A DNA stretch of 64,000 nucleotides. Origin: a virus. Lineage: Duplodnaviria > Caudoviricetes. A program made the translations under genes and the position numbers. The stretch covers positions 3,647 to 67,646 of IMG/VR virus record IMGVR_UViG_2927713021_000002; one strand, written 5' to 3'. The notes below the pieces were generated by a model. The model did not search any database. It saw only the letters and a list, made by a program, of their open reading frames with translations, and was not told where the DNA came from. Within the stretch, counting starts at the first letter, position 1. Each line of letters starts with the position of its first letter. This document shows positions 43,258 through 51,459 of the stretch, piece after piece.

Positions 43258-44048
43258 GGGCGCACCACCAGGTTTCGAGCCCACTCGGTGTCGTTGAAAT
43301 CAGGCTCGTTGCGGCGCACTGGCAACTGGTGGACGTTGGCCGCGACCTCTGGCACTTCGTCCTCCCAGCGCTTCCCGTTGAGCCAAGTCGACGCATGCGG
43401 GATGAACTGGCCGTTGTCCTTGGTCCAGCCCGGGGTGACAGAGTGCTTGGCCAGCGCAGCGATGATCTCGTCGAACAGTGGCTGGGTGAGCTTGATCTTC
43501 GCCCAGGCCTTCTCGGCTTTGTCCTTGCCAACCTTGCGGGGGTACAGCTTCCAGAACCTCGAAAACAGCTCGGCAGAGTCAGGAGCCGCAGGCGACGGAG
43601 TGAGGGAATCAGGAATCAGGAATCCGGAATCAAAAGAGAGGGAATCAGCCGGGAAAGAACCATGCGAGTCTGGTGCTTGCACCGTGCTTGCACCAGACTC
43701 AACCTGCGACCCCTCTAACCCGGGCATTTCAGGGATGGTGCTCTTCGCCTCTTTGACGTGCGGGTTCTGGTGTTTGGCCCAGTTGATCACCTGGATCGCT
43801 TTCACATCGCCCACGGTGTAGCGCTTGATGAACCCCAAATGATCCAAGTCATCCAGCATGCGATTGATGTCGACGTTGTCAGCCGGGAACAGGGCCATTT
43901 TCAGGCGGCGCGGACGATCCTCTAAGCGCCCTTCCCGGTCAGCCTCGGTCCACATGCCGATGAACAGCAGGCGAGTGGCGAAGTCCAGCTCTGCCAGGTG
44001 TTCGTTCGAGAAGAACCCTGGCTTGATGTTTCTTGACCTGGCCATCAT
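43254..44048 (-). CDS. Replication initiator (O-like)
   Basis: MARSRNIKPGFF, FWKLYPRKVGK, PHASTWLNGKRWEDE; internal repeats. Confidence 0.82.
   Translation of the reverse strand: MMARSRNIKPGFFSNEHLAELDFATRLLFIGMWTEADREGRLEDRPRRLKMALFPADNVDINRMLDDLDHLGFIKRYTVGDVKAIQVINWAKHQNPHVKEAKSTIPEMPGLEGSQVESGASTVQAPDSHGSFPADSLSFDSGFLIPDSLTPSPAAPDSAELFSRFWKLYPRKVGKDKAEKAWAKIKLTQPLFDEIIAALAKHSVTPGWTKDNGQFIPHASTWLNGKRWEDEVPEVAANVHQLPVRRNEPDFNDTEWARNLVVRP
43605..43700. repeat. Candidate replication origin repeats within O
   Basis: Several GGAATC 7-bp-period repeats, plus GTGCTTGCACC x2 inside the inverted repeat GAGTCTGGTGC/GCACCAGACTC. Confidence 0.5.
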
Positions 44049-44854
44049 TGACGTCCTTTGCCGATAAGCTCGGCAAGCTCAGCGAACCGCTCAACATACC
44101 AATGAGGCTGGGTTTCGCGGGGGGATTGGGGACTGGTGAGGTTCTTGCCGAAGCACAGACCCTTGTCGGTGATGGCCCAGAACGTGACGGTCTCCTGCTT
44201 GGAGTTCTTACGCTGCATGACCTTGATCAGCCCAGCCTGTTGCAGGGACTTGTTGAACGAAGCGGGCGACATACGGATTCCGTTGTCCTTGAGCAAGGCG
44301 GTCAGGGCCTTGGTCGGCAGCGAGCTGCCACCAGCTGCGTCCGCCGGAGCATCCACGGCATAGCTGGGCAGAAATTTCGGATCGAGGCCGTTGTTCTCGG
44401 CGATCCTGGCGAGCATCTGCATCTGGCAGGACGCGGCAGGCTTCAGGAGGCGCGTGAAGCACTCCATGATGGCGATCTCGCCAATGACCTTGGTGCCGTT
44501 TGCCATGACAGCCTGGCGCGCCTCGGACTGGCCTTCGAGCTCTCGCCAGCGGCGGATAACCTTCATGCGCAATGCCGGGCTGTAGCCGGTTAACAGGCAG
44601 TCGGTGTGCTCGCGGTCGAGCAAGTACTGAACTTGCTCGCGGTTCTGCCCGTCCAGGTAGATGTGCTCAAAACTGAGCACATCTTCTTTGAGGTCAGCGA
44701 GCATGGTGGCGATGTCTCGCTTCACGTTGTTGTGACGCTTGCCAGTCAGGCTGGCGATTTCGCGAGAAGACATCGTGCGCGCCACGAAATCGTGGCTCGC
44801 ATTTTGTGGCGCGGGCCGTTTGAGGGCCTGTACACTTTGGGTCTGCATATGCAT
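44045..44854 (-). CDS. Rha-family regulatory protein
   Basis: TMSSREIASLTGKRHNNVKRDI, LLTGYS, VIRRWRELE. Confidence 0.8.
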   Translation of the reverse strand: MHMQTQSVQALKRPAPQNASHDFVARTMSSREIASLTGKRHNNVKRDIATMLADLKEDVLSFEHIYLDGQNREQVQYLLDREHTDCLLTGYSPALRMKVIRRWRELEGQSEARQAVMANGTKVIGEIAIMECFTRLLKPAASCQMQMLARIAENNGLDPKFLPSYAVDAPADAAGGSSLPTKALTALLKDNGIRMSPASFNKSLQQAGLIKVMQRKNSKQETVTFWAITDKGLCFGKNLTSPQSPRETQPHWYVERFAELAELIGKGRQ

Positions 44855-44942
44855 AATTCCCTTACAGAGTTTTGTGTTGCAGAGAGCCGGGCCTTCACCC
44901 CCGGCTTTTTTGTGCCCGCAATTCGGGCTTATCAGGGCCTGT

Positions 44943-45122
44943 TCAGGCCTTGCGCTGGAACGGAAGAACCGCCCCCCTCGCGTTTCGAGGTTTCGTTCGG
45001 CTGGCCAGCTCTCGATCAATCAACTCGGCTGCTAGCGCTTCCGGGGTAATCCCCCGCTTTCGCGCCTCTCGCTCAAGCAAATCCATCGATCCCGGGTCCA
45101 GACCGAATTGTTCGGTCGGCAT
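44943..45122 (-). CDS. Small DNA-binding-like protein (59 aa)
   Basis: Manual translation MPTEQFGLDPGSMDLLEREARKRGITPEALAAELIDREL...; SD GAGGAGG. Confidence 0.6.
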   Translation of the reverse strand: MPTEQFGLDPGSMDLLEREARKRGITPEALAAELIDRELASRTKPRNARGAVLPFQRKA

Positions 45123-45140
45123 AGGGCCTCCTCGCGGCCT

Positions 45141-45329
45141 TCAGGCTGCGGTTTGATCGCCGGTATTCTCCGAGGCCAGGGCAGCCAGCTGCGCTTCCAG
45201 CAGTTCGCGGCACAGCACGGCGCGCTGGGTGCGGTGATACGCGGCCAAGGCCTGTATCAGGTTGAAAGTGTCCTCATCGACCCGGACCTTGATCTCACGG
45301 TCATGCAGGTGCTTGGGGTTGGCGTACAT
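45141..45329 (-). CDS. Small ribbon-helix-helix-like protein
   Basis: REIKVRVDEDTFNLIQALA...RAVLCRELL; follows cro. Confidence 0.6.
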   Translation of the reverse strand: MYANPKHLHDREIKVRVDEDTFNLIQALAAYHRTQRAVLCRELLEAQLAALASENTGDQTAA

Positions 45330-45359
45330 GCGGGGACGGCTCCTTGTGATTGAAAGTGG

Positions 45360-45554
45360 TTAAGCGGCGGACTTTTGCGACGGGAATGGGCGCTGCTCTT
45401 GGGCACTCACCGTTCCGTCTTCATCAACGGTCACGTAAACGTCACGACCGACGCGGATTGCCTTGCTAAGGCCACCCTGCGTGCAGCCAAGTATCTGAGC
45501 GGCCTTCGTATGGCCGTGCTCTTTGGCAAATTCGGAAAGCGGGATTCGGCGCAT
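45360..45554 (-). CDS. cro: Cro repressor
   Basis: MRRIPLSEFAKEHGHTKAAQILGCTQGGLSKAIRVGR...RPFPS, collinear with lambda Cro. Confidence 0.88.
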   Translation of the reverse strand: MRRIPLSEFAKEHGHTKAAQILGCTQGGLSKAIRVGRDVYVTVDEDGTVSAQEQRPFPSQKSAA

Positions 45555-45588
45555 AGCGACGTCCTCAACAGTGGTTCTACGCGCCCAG

Positions 45589-45654
45589 TATGACCGGCGG
45601 TATTGTTGCTCGTCAATACCGCCGCTATTGGTAGCGCCAATACCGGTGGTCATA
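45589..45654. promoter_or_regulatory. OR region: three 17-bp operators with divergent pR/pRM
   Basis: TATGACCGGCGGTATTG (45589-605), CAATACCGCCGCTATTG (45614-630), CAATACCGGTGGTCATA (45638-654). Confidence 0.85.
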
Positions 45655-45664
45655 TCATTCGCAC

Positions 45665-46495
45665 ATGACGAAAAACTCTCGAAAGGTCCCGCTTGCTGAT
45701 TGGCAGGTGGAGGACAGCCAGCGCTTGAAGGCGCTATACAATGCGAAGCGTGCAGAGCTCGGTCTGACTCAGGACCGTATCGCTGCAGAGCTTGGCGAGG
45801 GCGTCACTCAAGGCGCAGTTAGCCATTTCATGAATGGGCGGACCGCCTTAAGCCTTCGCGCCGCCGTCGTATTCGCAAAGGCCCTCCAGGTTCCTGTCTC
45901 TGAGTTCAGTCCCAGGCTGGCGAGCGAGCTTGATCTGATGCGCGCTGTGCCGGGCGTTGGCGCTGCCGTCATTGGCGCAGCTGCGGCGATCACTGCAGCG
46001 CAGCGAGGCAACGATCATGTTTCCGCCGAAACTCCTCTTCCGGAGGGCTCAGACGAAGACGCTCTGGATGGTAAATACGCCTACATCCCTCAGTACGATG
46101 CCAGAGCAGCAGCAGGACTTGGCAGCGAAAACCCGCATGTGGAGATCCGCTCCACCCTCGCCTTCAAGCGCGAATGGCTGAGAGCCAAAGGGGCCAAGGA
46201 TGATCAACTGATCGTCATCTATGCCGAGGGTCAGAGCATGTGGCCGACCATCAATGACAGAGACGTCCTGCTCATCGATCGCTCTCGGTTTGAGCCTGTC
46301 GATGGCCAGGTATTCGTGCTGGCTGGCGGCGACGGCGCCATCGTGAAGAGGCTTGTTCAGGGCCCGGTTGGGCAGTGGCTATTGCGCAGCGACAATGAGG
46401 ACAAGGGCCAGCATCCGGATCGCTTCTTCTTCCGTAGCGAGGACAATGAGCACCGGATCATCGGTCAAGTGATCTGGCGAGGTGGAGACCTGTAG
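45665..46495 (+). CDS. cI: CI-like repressor (HTH + S24)
   Basis: LTQDRIAAELG..TQGAVSHFMNG, AAAG cleavage site, GQSM, IVKRL. Confidence 0.9.
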   Translation: MTKNSRKVPLADWQVEDSQRLKALYNAKRAELGLTQDRIAAELGEGVTQGAVSHFMNGRTALSLRAAVVFAKALQVPVSEFSPRLASELDLMRAVPGVGAAVIGAAAAITAAQRGNDHVSAETPLPEGSDEDALDGKYAYIPQYDARAAAGLGSENPHVEIRSTLAFKREWLRAKGAKDDQLIVIYAEGQSMWPTINDRDVLLIDRSRFEPVDGQVFVLAGGDGAIVKRLVQGPVGQWLLRSDNEDKGQHPDRFFFRSEDNEHRIIGQVIWRGGDL

Positions 46496-46546
46496 CCATG
46501 CCCCTAACTAAGCCAAACCATTTACCCTCAATCATGGAATAGGCCC

Positions 46547-46837
46547 GTGTCCGACGAAGAAGCTACCGTTGTACGTGATGAGCACCCTGCTCCTGCTCAT
46601 CTGTCAGATCTTATTCACGCGATTGAGCCAGTAATGGAAACCATGGTTGCTCTCACAAAAGCCGTTATGGAACTTTCCATTGCCGGCAGGCAATCGGAAG
46701 ATCAAGACATAAAACGAGCGTCTCTAAAGGCTTTCAGTTGTGTCGGAGACGCGCTGAAGAGCCTTAATGAACTAAAGTTCGAGATCGGGCTACTGAAGGG
46801 CGCCCCACCTGAAGATGAGGGTTCGGTTGATGATTGA
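46547..46837 (+). CDS. Hypothetical helical protein downstream of cI
   Basis: 96-aa ORF overlapping the next gene. Confidence 0.55.
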   Translation: MSDEEATVVRDEHPAPAHLSDLIHAIEPVMETMVALTKAVMELSIAGRQSEDQDIKRASLKAFSCVGDALKSLNELKFEIGLLKGAPPEDEGSVDD

Positions 46838-47174
46838 CTCCATCAGCAACCTCCAAGACAGATGGAATGCAATTGAGCTTGCCGAAGCTCTGGATCGGCA
46901 TGACAGGAACCTAAAAGATCTCCATAATCCTGCTGGAGGACCACCAGGAGGCGGAGACTTGGATACTAGGCTAACGAACCTCGAGCGGGACATGACCGAT
47001 GTGAAGGTGGCTATCGGTAAGGTAGAGACACGCATCGAGCATATTGAAAGGCACATGCTGACTAAGGGTCAGACGGCTGCCTATGCGCTGGTTGCTGGTA
47101 TCGCAGTCTTTGGTGCCGGTTGGTGGGTTGTCCAGCAGTACCTGGCGCCGCTGGTTGCAGGCTTGCCAAAGTAA
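46830..47174 (+). CDS. Coiled-coil protein with C-terminal membrane anchor
   Basis: GGPPGGGDLDTRLTNLERD coiled-coil; TM AAYALVAGIAVFGAGWWVV; terminator at 47191-47216. Confidence 0.65.
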   Translation: MIDSISNLQDRWNAIELAEALDRHDRNLKDLHNPAGGPPGGGDLDTRLTNLERDMTDVKVAIGKVETRIEHIERHMLTKGQTAAYALVAGIAVFGAGWWVVQQYLAPLVAGLPK

Positions 47175-47278
47175 CAAAGCTACCGCTTCGAAAAGCCCGC
47201 CTCGGCGGGCTTTTTCATGCCTGCATGATGGTTGATGGCCAGAGTGGTAGAATTCGCTCTTCTATCGGGAGGGATACC

Positions 47279-47680
47279 ATGTTCACTCAGCTCTATCGCT
47301 TCATAGCGGTCATATCGTTCGCATTTTTGGCCGGGTGCGCGTCAGGGCCCACGCCTCAGCAGATTGCCGCTGCTGACTACGGCACTGCCATTGACCAGGA
47401 TCAGGCCGAGGAGCGCATCAAGCAATATTTCAACGGGACGCTCAAAGACCCCTATTCGGCTCAGTACCAGTTCGGCGCCATCCAGAAAGGTTACGTCATT
47501 GGTAGCGCCATCGAGGGTAAGCAGCTCTACGCCGGCTACCTGATTACTGCCAACGTGAATGCCAAGAACAGTTACGGCGGATACACCGGTAACCAGGGCT
47601 ATCAGTTCCTGTTCCAGAATGGAGCGCTCGTTAAGGGGCTCAAGATGAGTCCTGGTGGCATGATGATGCCTTTGTTCTAG
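47279..47680 (+). CDS. Lipoprotein moron
   Basis: LAG-C lipobox, LKDPYSA and NAKNSYGGYTG; extended -10 TGGTAGAAT upstream; terminator 47697-47722. Confidence 0.8.
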   Translation: MFTQLYRFIAVISFAFLAGCASGPTPQQIAAADYGTAIDQDQAEERIKQYFNGTLKDPYSAQYQFGAIQKGYVIGSAIEGKQLYAGYLITANVNAKNSYGGYTGNQGYQFLFQNGALVKGLKMSPGGMMMPLF

Positions 47681-47738
47681 ATCTGCACGCTCCATAGAGC
47701 CCGCCACTGAGCGGGCTTTTTTGTGGACGACGGAAAAA

Positions 47739-47781
47739 TATGACCGGAGGTATTGACCATATGAAATACCGGCGGTATTGT
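47739..47781 (+). promoter_or_regulatory. OL operators and pL promoter
   Basis: TATGACCGGAGGTATTG (47739-755), AAATACCGGCGGTATTG (47764-780); TTGACC-17 bp-TATTGT. Confidence 0.85.
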
Positions 47782-47789
47782 TCACTCCA

Positions 47790-48135
47790 TCGAGGCGCTA
47801 CACAGCCCCTCGGGAGGCCCTCAAGCCTCACCGCTCTTTCACATTGATGGGAACCTCGCGGATCGATCCCGGCAACGGTACAGCGCGAGCAATAAATTCG
47901 ATCCCCATGCCAGCTCTGGAACTGGTGAACAGACCGCATTGCCTCTACCGGCGACCGGCGATCAGACAGCCCCGAAAGGCTGCCCACGACAGGGACCACC
48001 CTGTACGGCTGACGAAGGTGAAACGCCTAAACCGAGAGAACGACCCGGGCATGCAATGCGCCCCGCCACCCCGGCGGTAATGGGACATAACGATTCACTG
48101 ATGCCGCTTCGACGAGGCGGCATTGGGAATCGAGC
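47790..48135 (+). ncRNA. Structured pL leader with boxA-like element and pseudoknot candidate
   Basis: CGCTCTTTCACA at 47832; crossed helices at 47847-47908; many GNRA-type hairpins. Confidence 0.5.
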
Positions 48136-48175
48136 ATGCAATACTGCGCACATCGAAAACAGGTAGGAGGTAAAG

Positions 48176-48415
48176 GTGGAAGCCAGCGAATTCATGGAGC
48201 GCCTGATCGCCACGGCTGGCGAGTTTGGCCAGTGGCAGATTGTGCGGATTGTTGAAGAGCATCGCGGCACTGAGGTCGTACCAGGCTTCTGCTGGAACGA
48301 GGTGCGCAACTCAGACGATGATCCAGGCCTCAAGGCAGGCTGGCTTTACTTCGCAATGGGCGACGACAGGTATGTTTTTGTCAGTTACCTGGATATCCCC
48401 AGCAGCAGGCGATAA
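48176..48415 (+). CDS. Hypothetical early protein
   Basis: SD AGGAGG, GTG start; followed by terminator 48435-48458. Confidence 0.65.
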   Translation: MEASEFMERLIATAGEFGQWQIVRIVEEHRGTEVVPGFCWNEVRNSDDDPGLKAGWLYFAMGDDRYVFVSYLDIPSSRR

Positions 48416-48523
48416 AGCTCATCGCTGAAAACACAGCCCGATAACTTCGGGCTTTTTTGTGCCTGACGATTCACTGAAGCACCTGGGCGACCGGGTGCTT
48501 TGGGAATCCACTGGAGAAAGACC

Positions 48524-48775
48524 ATGAGCGTGAAGATGGTTGTTGAAAGCCACATCCGTACGGCCCGAATCTGCCGGGAGCGTTACTCGACCATGAGCCA
48601 AGTTGATTGGCTGGTAGGTGGAGTTCTGCACTCGCTGAAGCATTCGATGGACGTCATAAAGGACAGGCCTCTGTTCATCCACGAAGCCCGCACCTATGTG
48701 CAAGAGCTGGAAAATGCAGGCCAGCGTGACGCTGCGGAGAAAGTGGCCGCCTGGATCGAAGAACAGCGGGCATGA
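48524..48775 (+). CDS. Hypothetical early protein
   Basis: SD GGAG; MSVKMVVESH... Confidence 0.65.
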   Translation: MSVKMVVESHIRTARICRERYSTMSQVDWLVGGVLHSLKHSMDVIKDRPLFIHEARTYVQELENAGQRDAAEKVAAWIEEQRA

Positions 48776-48853
48776 GCAGACGATTCCCCGGTGCGCCTCA
48801 AGCGGGCGCATCAGGGGGAATCCACTGAATCAACCGCCCTGGAGGGCAAGACG

Positions 48854-49003
48854 ATGACTGGAGTATCCAAACAGGGCTGCGTGCACCACGCCCGCTATCA
48901 AAACCGGGAGCTGGTTCGGGCTCGAAAGAGCGGCCAGTGGAGCCTGGTCCTTCATAGCCGAATCAGCCGCGACGACTGGATGGCAGAGGCTCGCGCCAAG
49001 TAG
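48854..49003 (+). CDS. Small basic early protein
   Basis: SD GGAGG; 49 aa Arg-rich. Confidence 0.5.
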   Translation: MTGVSKQGCVHHARYQNRELVRARKSGQWSLVLHSRISRDDWMAEARAK

Positions 49004-49064
49004 ACAGCCAGCGCCACGTCAGCCTGACGTTAACTGCCCGATGCCCTGCTCCCCATCGCAGGCT

Positions 49065-49204
49065 GCATCGGAGTGTGATCTGAATACGCAGGCTGAGGCG
49101 AAAAGACTCCGGGCTTGCCCCGGGCCTACGGCGACCGAAAGGCAGTCTACGCATGTACGCATGCTGTGCCGGAGATCAGCACCGGCCAGATCACACCTCG
49201 ATGC
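49065..49204 (+). ncRNA. C4-like cloverleaf antisense RNA candidate
   Basis: Closing stem GCATCG..GTGTGATCTG/CAGATCACAC..CGATGC; arms CGCAGGCTGAGGCG and GCCGGAGATCAGCACCGGC. Confidence 0.6.
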
Positions 49205-49330
49205 GTCCCGCATCCCCTTCCCTTCACATACGACCGCATTGGCAGGCGCCAGGCCACCTTTCACGGTGGGTTTGGTCACCTTAGCCTGGCTCCTGGCCAA
49301 TGCGGCCGCACAACCAACCTGGAGGACGCC

Positions 49331-49597
49331 ATGGCTTCGACTGTGGAGGTCAGTTGCGCCTGGTGCGCAGGAAGATTCACGGCAAGGACGGCCGACCGCA
49401 AGCGCGGTTGGGCGCGCTTCTGCTCCAAGTCATGCAAGGCGAGCAAGCAAGAGTTCGGCGGCACCAAGGCTGAGTGGGAAAAGTTCAACCCCAACAACCG
49501 CATTTCCCCGATCAAGAAATACGCCAATCGCCTTCTCGAAAACGACGACTGGGGCCATCCGCTGGCCTCTGGTTTCGAAGGTCACGGCCAAAACTAA
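49331..49597 (+). CDS. Zinc-finger small protein
   Basis: CAWC...FCSKSC; SD GGAGG. Confidence 0.7.
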   Translation: MASTVEVSCAWCAGRFTARTADRKRGWARFCSKSCKASKQEFGGTKAEWEKFNPNNRISPIKKYANRLLENDDWGHPLASGFEGHGQN

Positions 49598-49616
49598 CCG
49601 ATACCTGGAGGCGACC

Positions 49617-50045
49617 ATGGGCGCACTTCGAGCAGCACAGTTTGAGTACGACAACCGGATGCCGCCGGCGGTGAGCGACGATGACGCCGCCCAGGCGGAG
49701 TGGATCGAAACGAACGCGGCTCGGCTGGTTCTTGGCTACCGCATCATCTGGGGTTATCGCGGCGAACTCGGCGAGGTCACTCAGGCCGATATGGCGAGGT
49801 CTGTTCAAGATCACCTGAACAACCGCCAGATTGAGGGCCTGGATACAAAAGACGCATTCGGCCAGCTGGTAATGGCGGGCACCGGTACCGGCAGCGCTGG
49901 CTTAATTTTGGGCCTGTGCACTTACCTTCTCGGCGGACCGAATGCGCTCACTGAGATCGCAGCCGACCTGCTGCGACCGCACGCCGCCAAAGCAGTGGCC
50001 GCTGAGCGCGAACGCGAGCGCGATGAGCAGGAGTGCGGATTTTGA
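49617..50045 (+). CDS. Hypothetical early protein
   Basis: MGALRAAQFEYDNRMPPAV; SD GGAGG. Confidence 0.7.
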   Translation: MGALRAAQFEYDNRMPPAVSDDDAAQAEWIETNAARLVLGYRIIWGYRGELGEVTQADMARSVQDHLNNRQIEGLDTKDAFGQLVMAGTGTGSAGLILGLCTYLLGGPNALTEIAADLLRPHAAKAVAAERERERDEQECGF

Positions 50046-50269
50046 AGACCGCTGCCCAGATGCACGCCCTGGCGATCGGCGAGGTGATGTCCCAGCTTGA
50101 ACAGCTCGCCAAGTCGCCCACCCCTGTACCTGATCAGACCTTCGTCTTCGGCATGCTTGAGGGCTTCGAGAAGATCGGCCTATTCGATCTTCAGACCCTG
50201 ACCCGCATCCGGACAAAGGTCGTCGACACCACCACTCAACGCGTTGAGCAATTGAGGGAGCCAGCATGA
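50033..50269 (+). CDS. Hypothetical early protein
   Basis: Overlapping chain of coupled ORFs. Confidence 0.6.
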   Translation: MRILKTAAQMHALAIGEVMSQLEQLAKSPTPVPDQTFVFGMLEGFEKIGLFDLQTLTRIRTKVVDTTTQRVEQLREPA

Positions 50270-50487
50270 CCACGCCACTGATCACAACGCTCATCGACGA
50301 GCAGATCGCTGAATTGCCCGAGGCTCAGGCCATGCCGGCCGACCGTGTGCTGATGCTGTTCAAGGGGCCGACATTCGCCGCCGCAGTGAATGAGGCGGCG
50401 CTTGCCAGCATCGAGAACCCCGCTGCCTGGAAGTGCCGCGCCTGCATCTGCGGGGAGTGGACGGTCGGGTATGAGGTGCGGGCGTGA
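50266..50487 (+). CDS. Hypothetical early protein
   Basis: MTTPLITTLIDEQ...CICGEWTVGYEV; ATGA coupling. Confidence 0.65.
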   Translation: MTTPLITTLIDEQIAELPEAQAMPADRVLMLFKGPTFAAAVNEAALASIENPAAWKCRACICGEWTVGYEVRA

Positions 50488-50720
50488 GCCACATGCACGA
50501 TCCAGCGCCGAGCGATCGGGCACGGCAGTTCATCCGCTGGTGCGCTGAGCACATTCTCGAATGGCCAGAGCAGTACGTGAGTTGCGCAAGGTTCATTGGC
50601 AGCAAGAACAAATGGTGGCGCAAAAACATCGATTGGCGCGAACACCATAAGTCGCTGTCGCCCAACCTCTGGGTCGTGTGCACCAAGCGCCAGTGGCTTG
50701 AGGCAAGGGGCACGCGATGA
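50484..50720 (+). CDS. Hypothetical early protein
   Basis: GTGA coupling; Trp-rich. Confidence 0.55.
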   Translation: MSHMHDPAPSDRARQFIRWCAEHILEWPEQYVSCARFIGSKNKWWRKNIDWREHHKSLSPNLWVVCTKRQWLEARGTR

Positions 50721-51008
50721 CCCGCTACCAGCGCGCCCGCCGCCTGGTCATCTGGCGCGGCTCCTTCTCTGCCCTCTTCACCTGCACCGTATTCATGCTG
50801 GCCAGCGCACTGGCTGGCTCCATCACTTCCTGATCACACATCCGGCGCACGGCGGACCTTCGGGATAACCGTACCCCTTCGGGAGCGTAAGCGGCGAGAG
50901 CGCGCAACCATCCACCGCAGCCAGGGCCTGGGTCTTACCTCCGTGCTCGGGTGACCTGGCATTTCCTATTTCAACTGACGGCGCCGGCCTGGCGCGAGGT
51001 GTATCCCA

Positions 51009-51443
51009 ATGTCCGAATTAACCATCAACGTCGACGACTACCTGAGCGAGTCTGATAAGCGTCGGATCGTGACCGACGCCTTCAGCGCTGCCGCAGCCGC
51101 CCATGCTCAGAAAGACTTCGAGCGCATCATCAGCAACTCAGCCTACTACCTGGTTGGCGAGATCGTCGACCAGCACTTCGACGGCAACATGGTGGCCACG
51201 CTCAAAGACAAGGCCATAAGCGTCATCAACAACCTGTCTTCGACTACCGTGTTCAGCCCGCCCAACGCTTGGGATCGAGAAGCCAGCAAAGGCTGGCAGC
51301 AGGTGCAGCAGGCGATTGAAGACCTAAAGCCAATGATCCACCAGCGCGTCAGCGACATCATCGCCGACTACGACCATAGCGCCCTGCGCAACCTGATCGA
51401 AACTCAGGTCGGCGAGGCCATTCTCAAGAAGCTGACGGCATAA
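51009..51443 (+). CDS. Hypothetical early protein
   Basis: SD GAGGT; 144 aa with phage-like codon use. Confidence 0.7.
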   Translation: MSELTINVDDYLSESDKRRIVTDAFSAAAAAHAQKDFERIISNSAYYLVGEIVDQHFDGNMVATLKDKAISVINNLSSTTVFSPPNAWDREASKGWQQVQQAIEDLKPMIHQRVSDIIADYDHSALRNLIETQVGEAILKKLTA

Positions 51444-51459
51444 GCTGCTGGAGCCTGAA

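Noticed and set aside
48009-48035. Hammerhead-like CTGACGA...GAAAC
   Set aside because: The GAAA falls in the loop of the AGGTG/CGCCT stem rather than after stem II, and no stem III or cleavage triplet can be built.
48091-48822. Repeated hairpins as a CRISPR array
   Set aside because: Only three degenerate copies, separated by whole genes; no cas genes.
49065-49204. Cloverleaf as a tRNA gene
   Set aside because: No GTTCGA T-loop, no 7-nt anticodon arm, and length and stems do not fit a tRNA.
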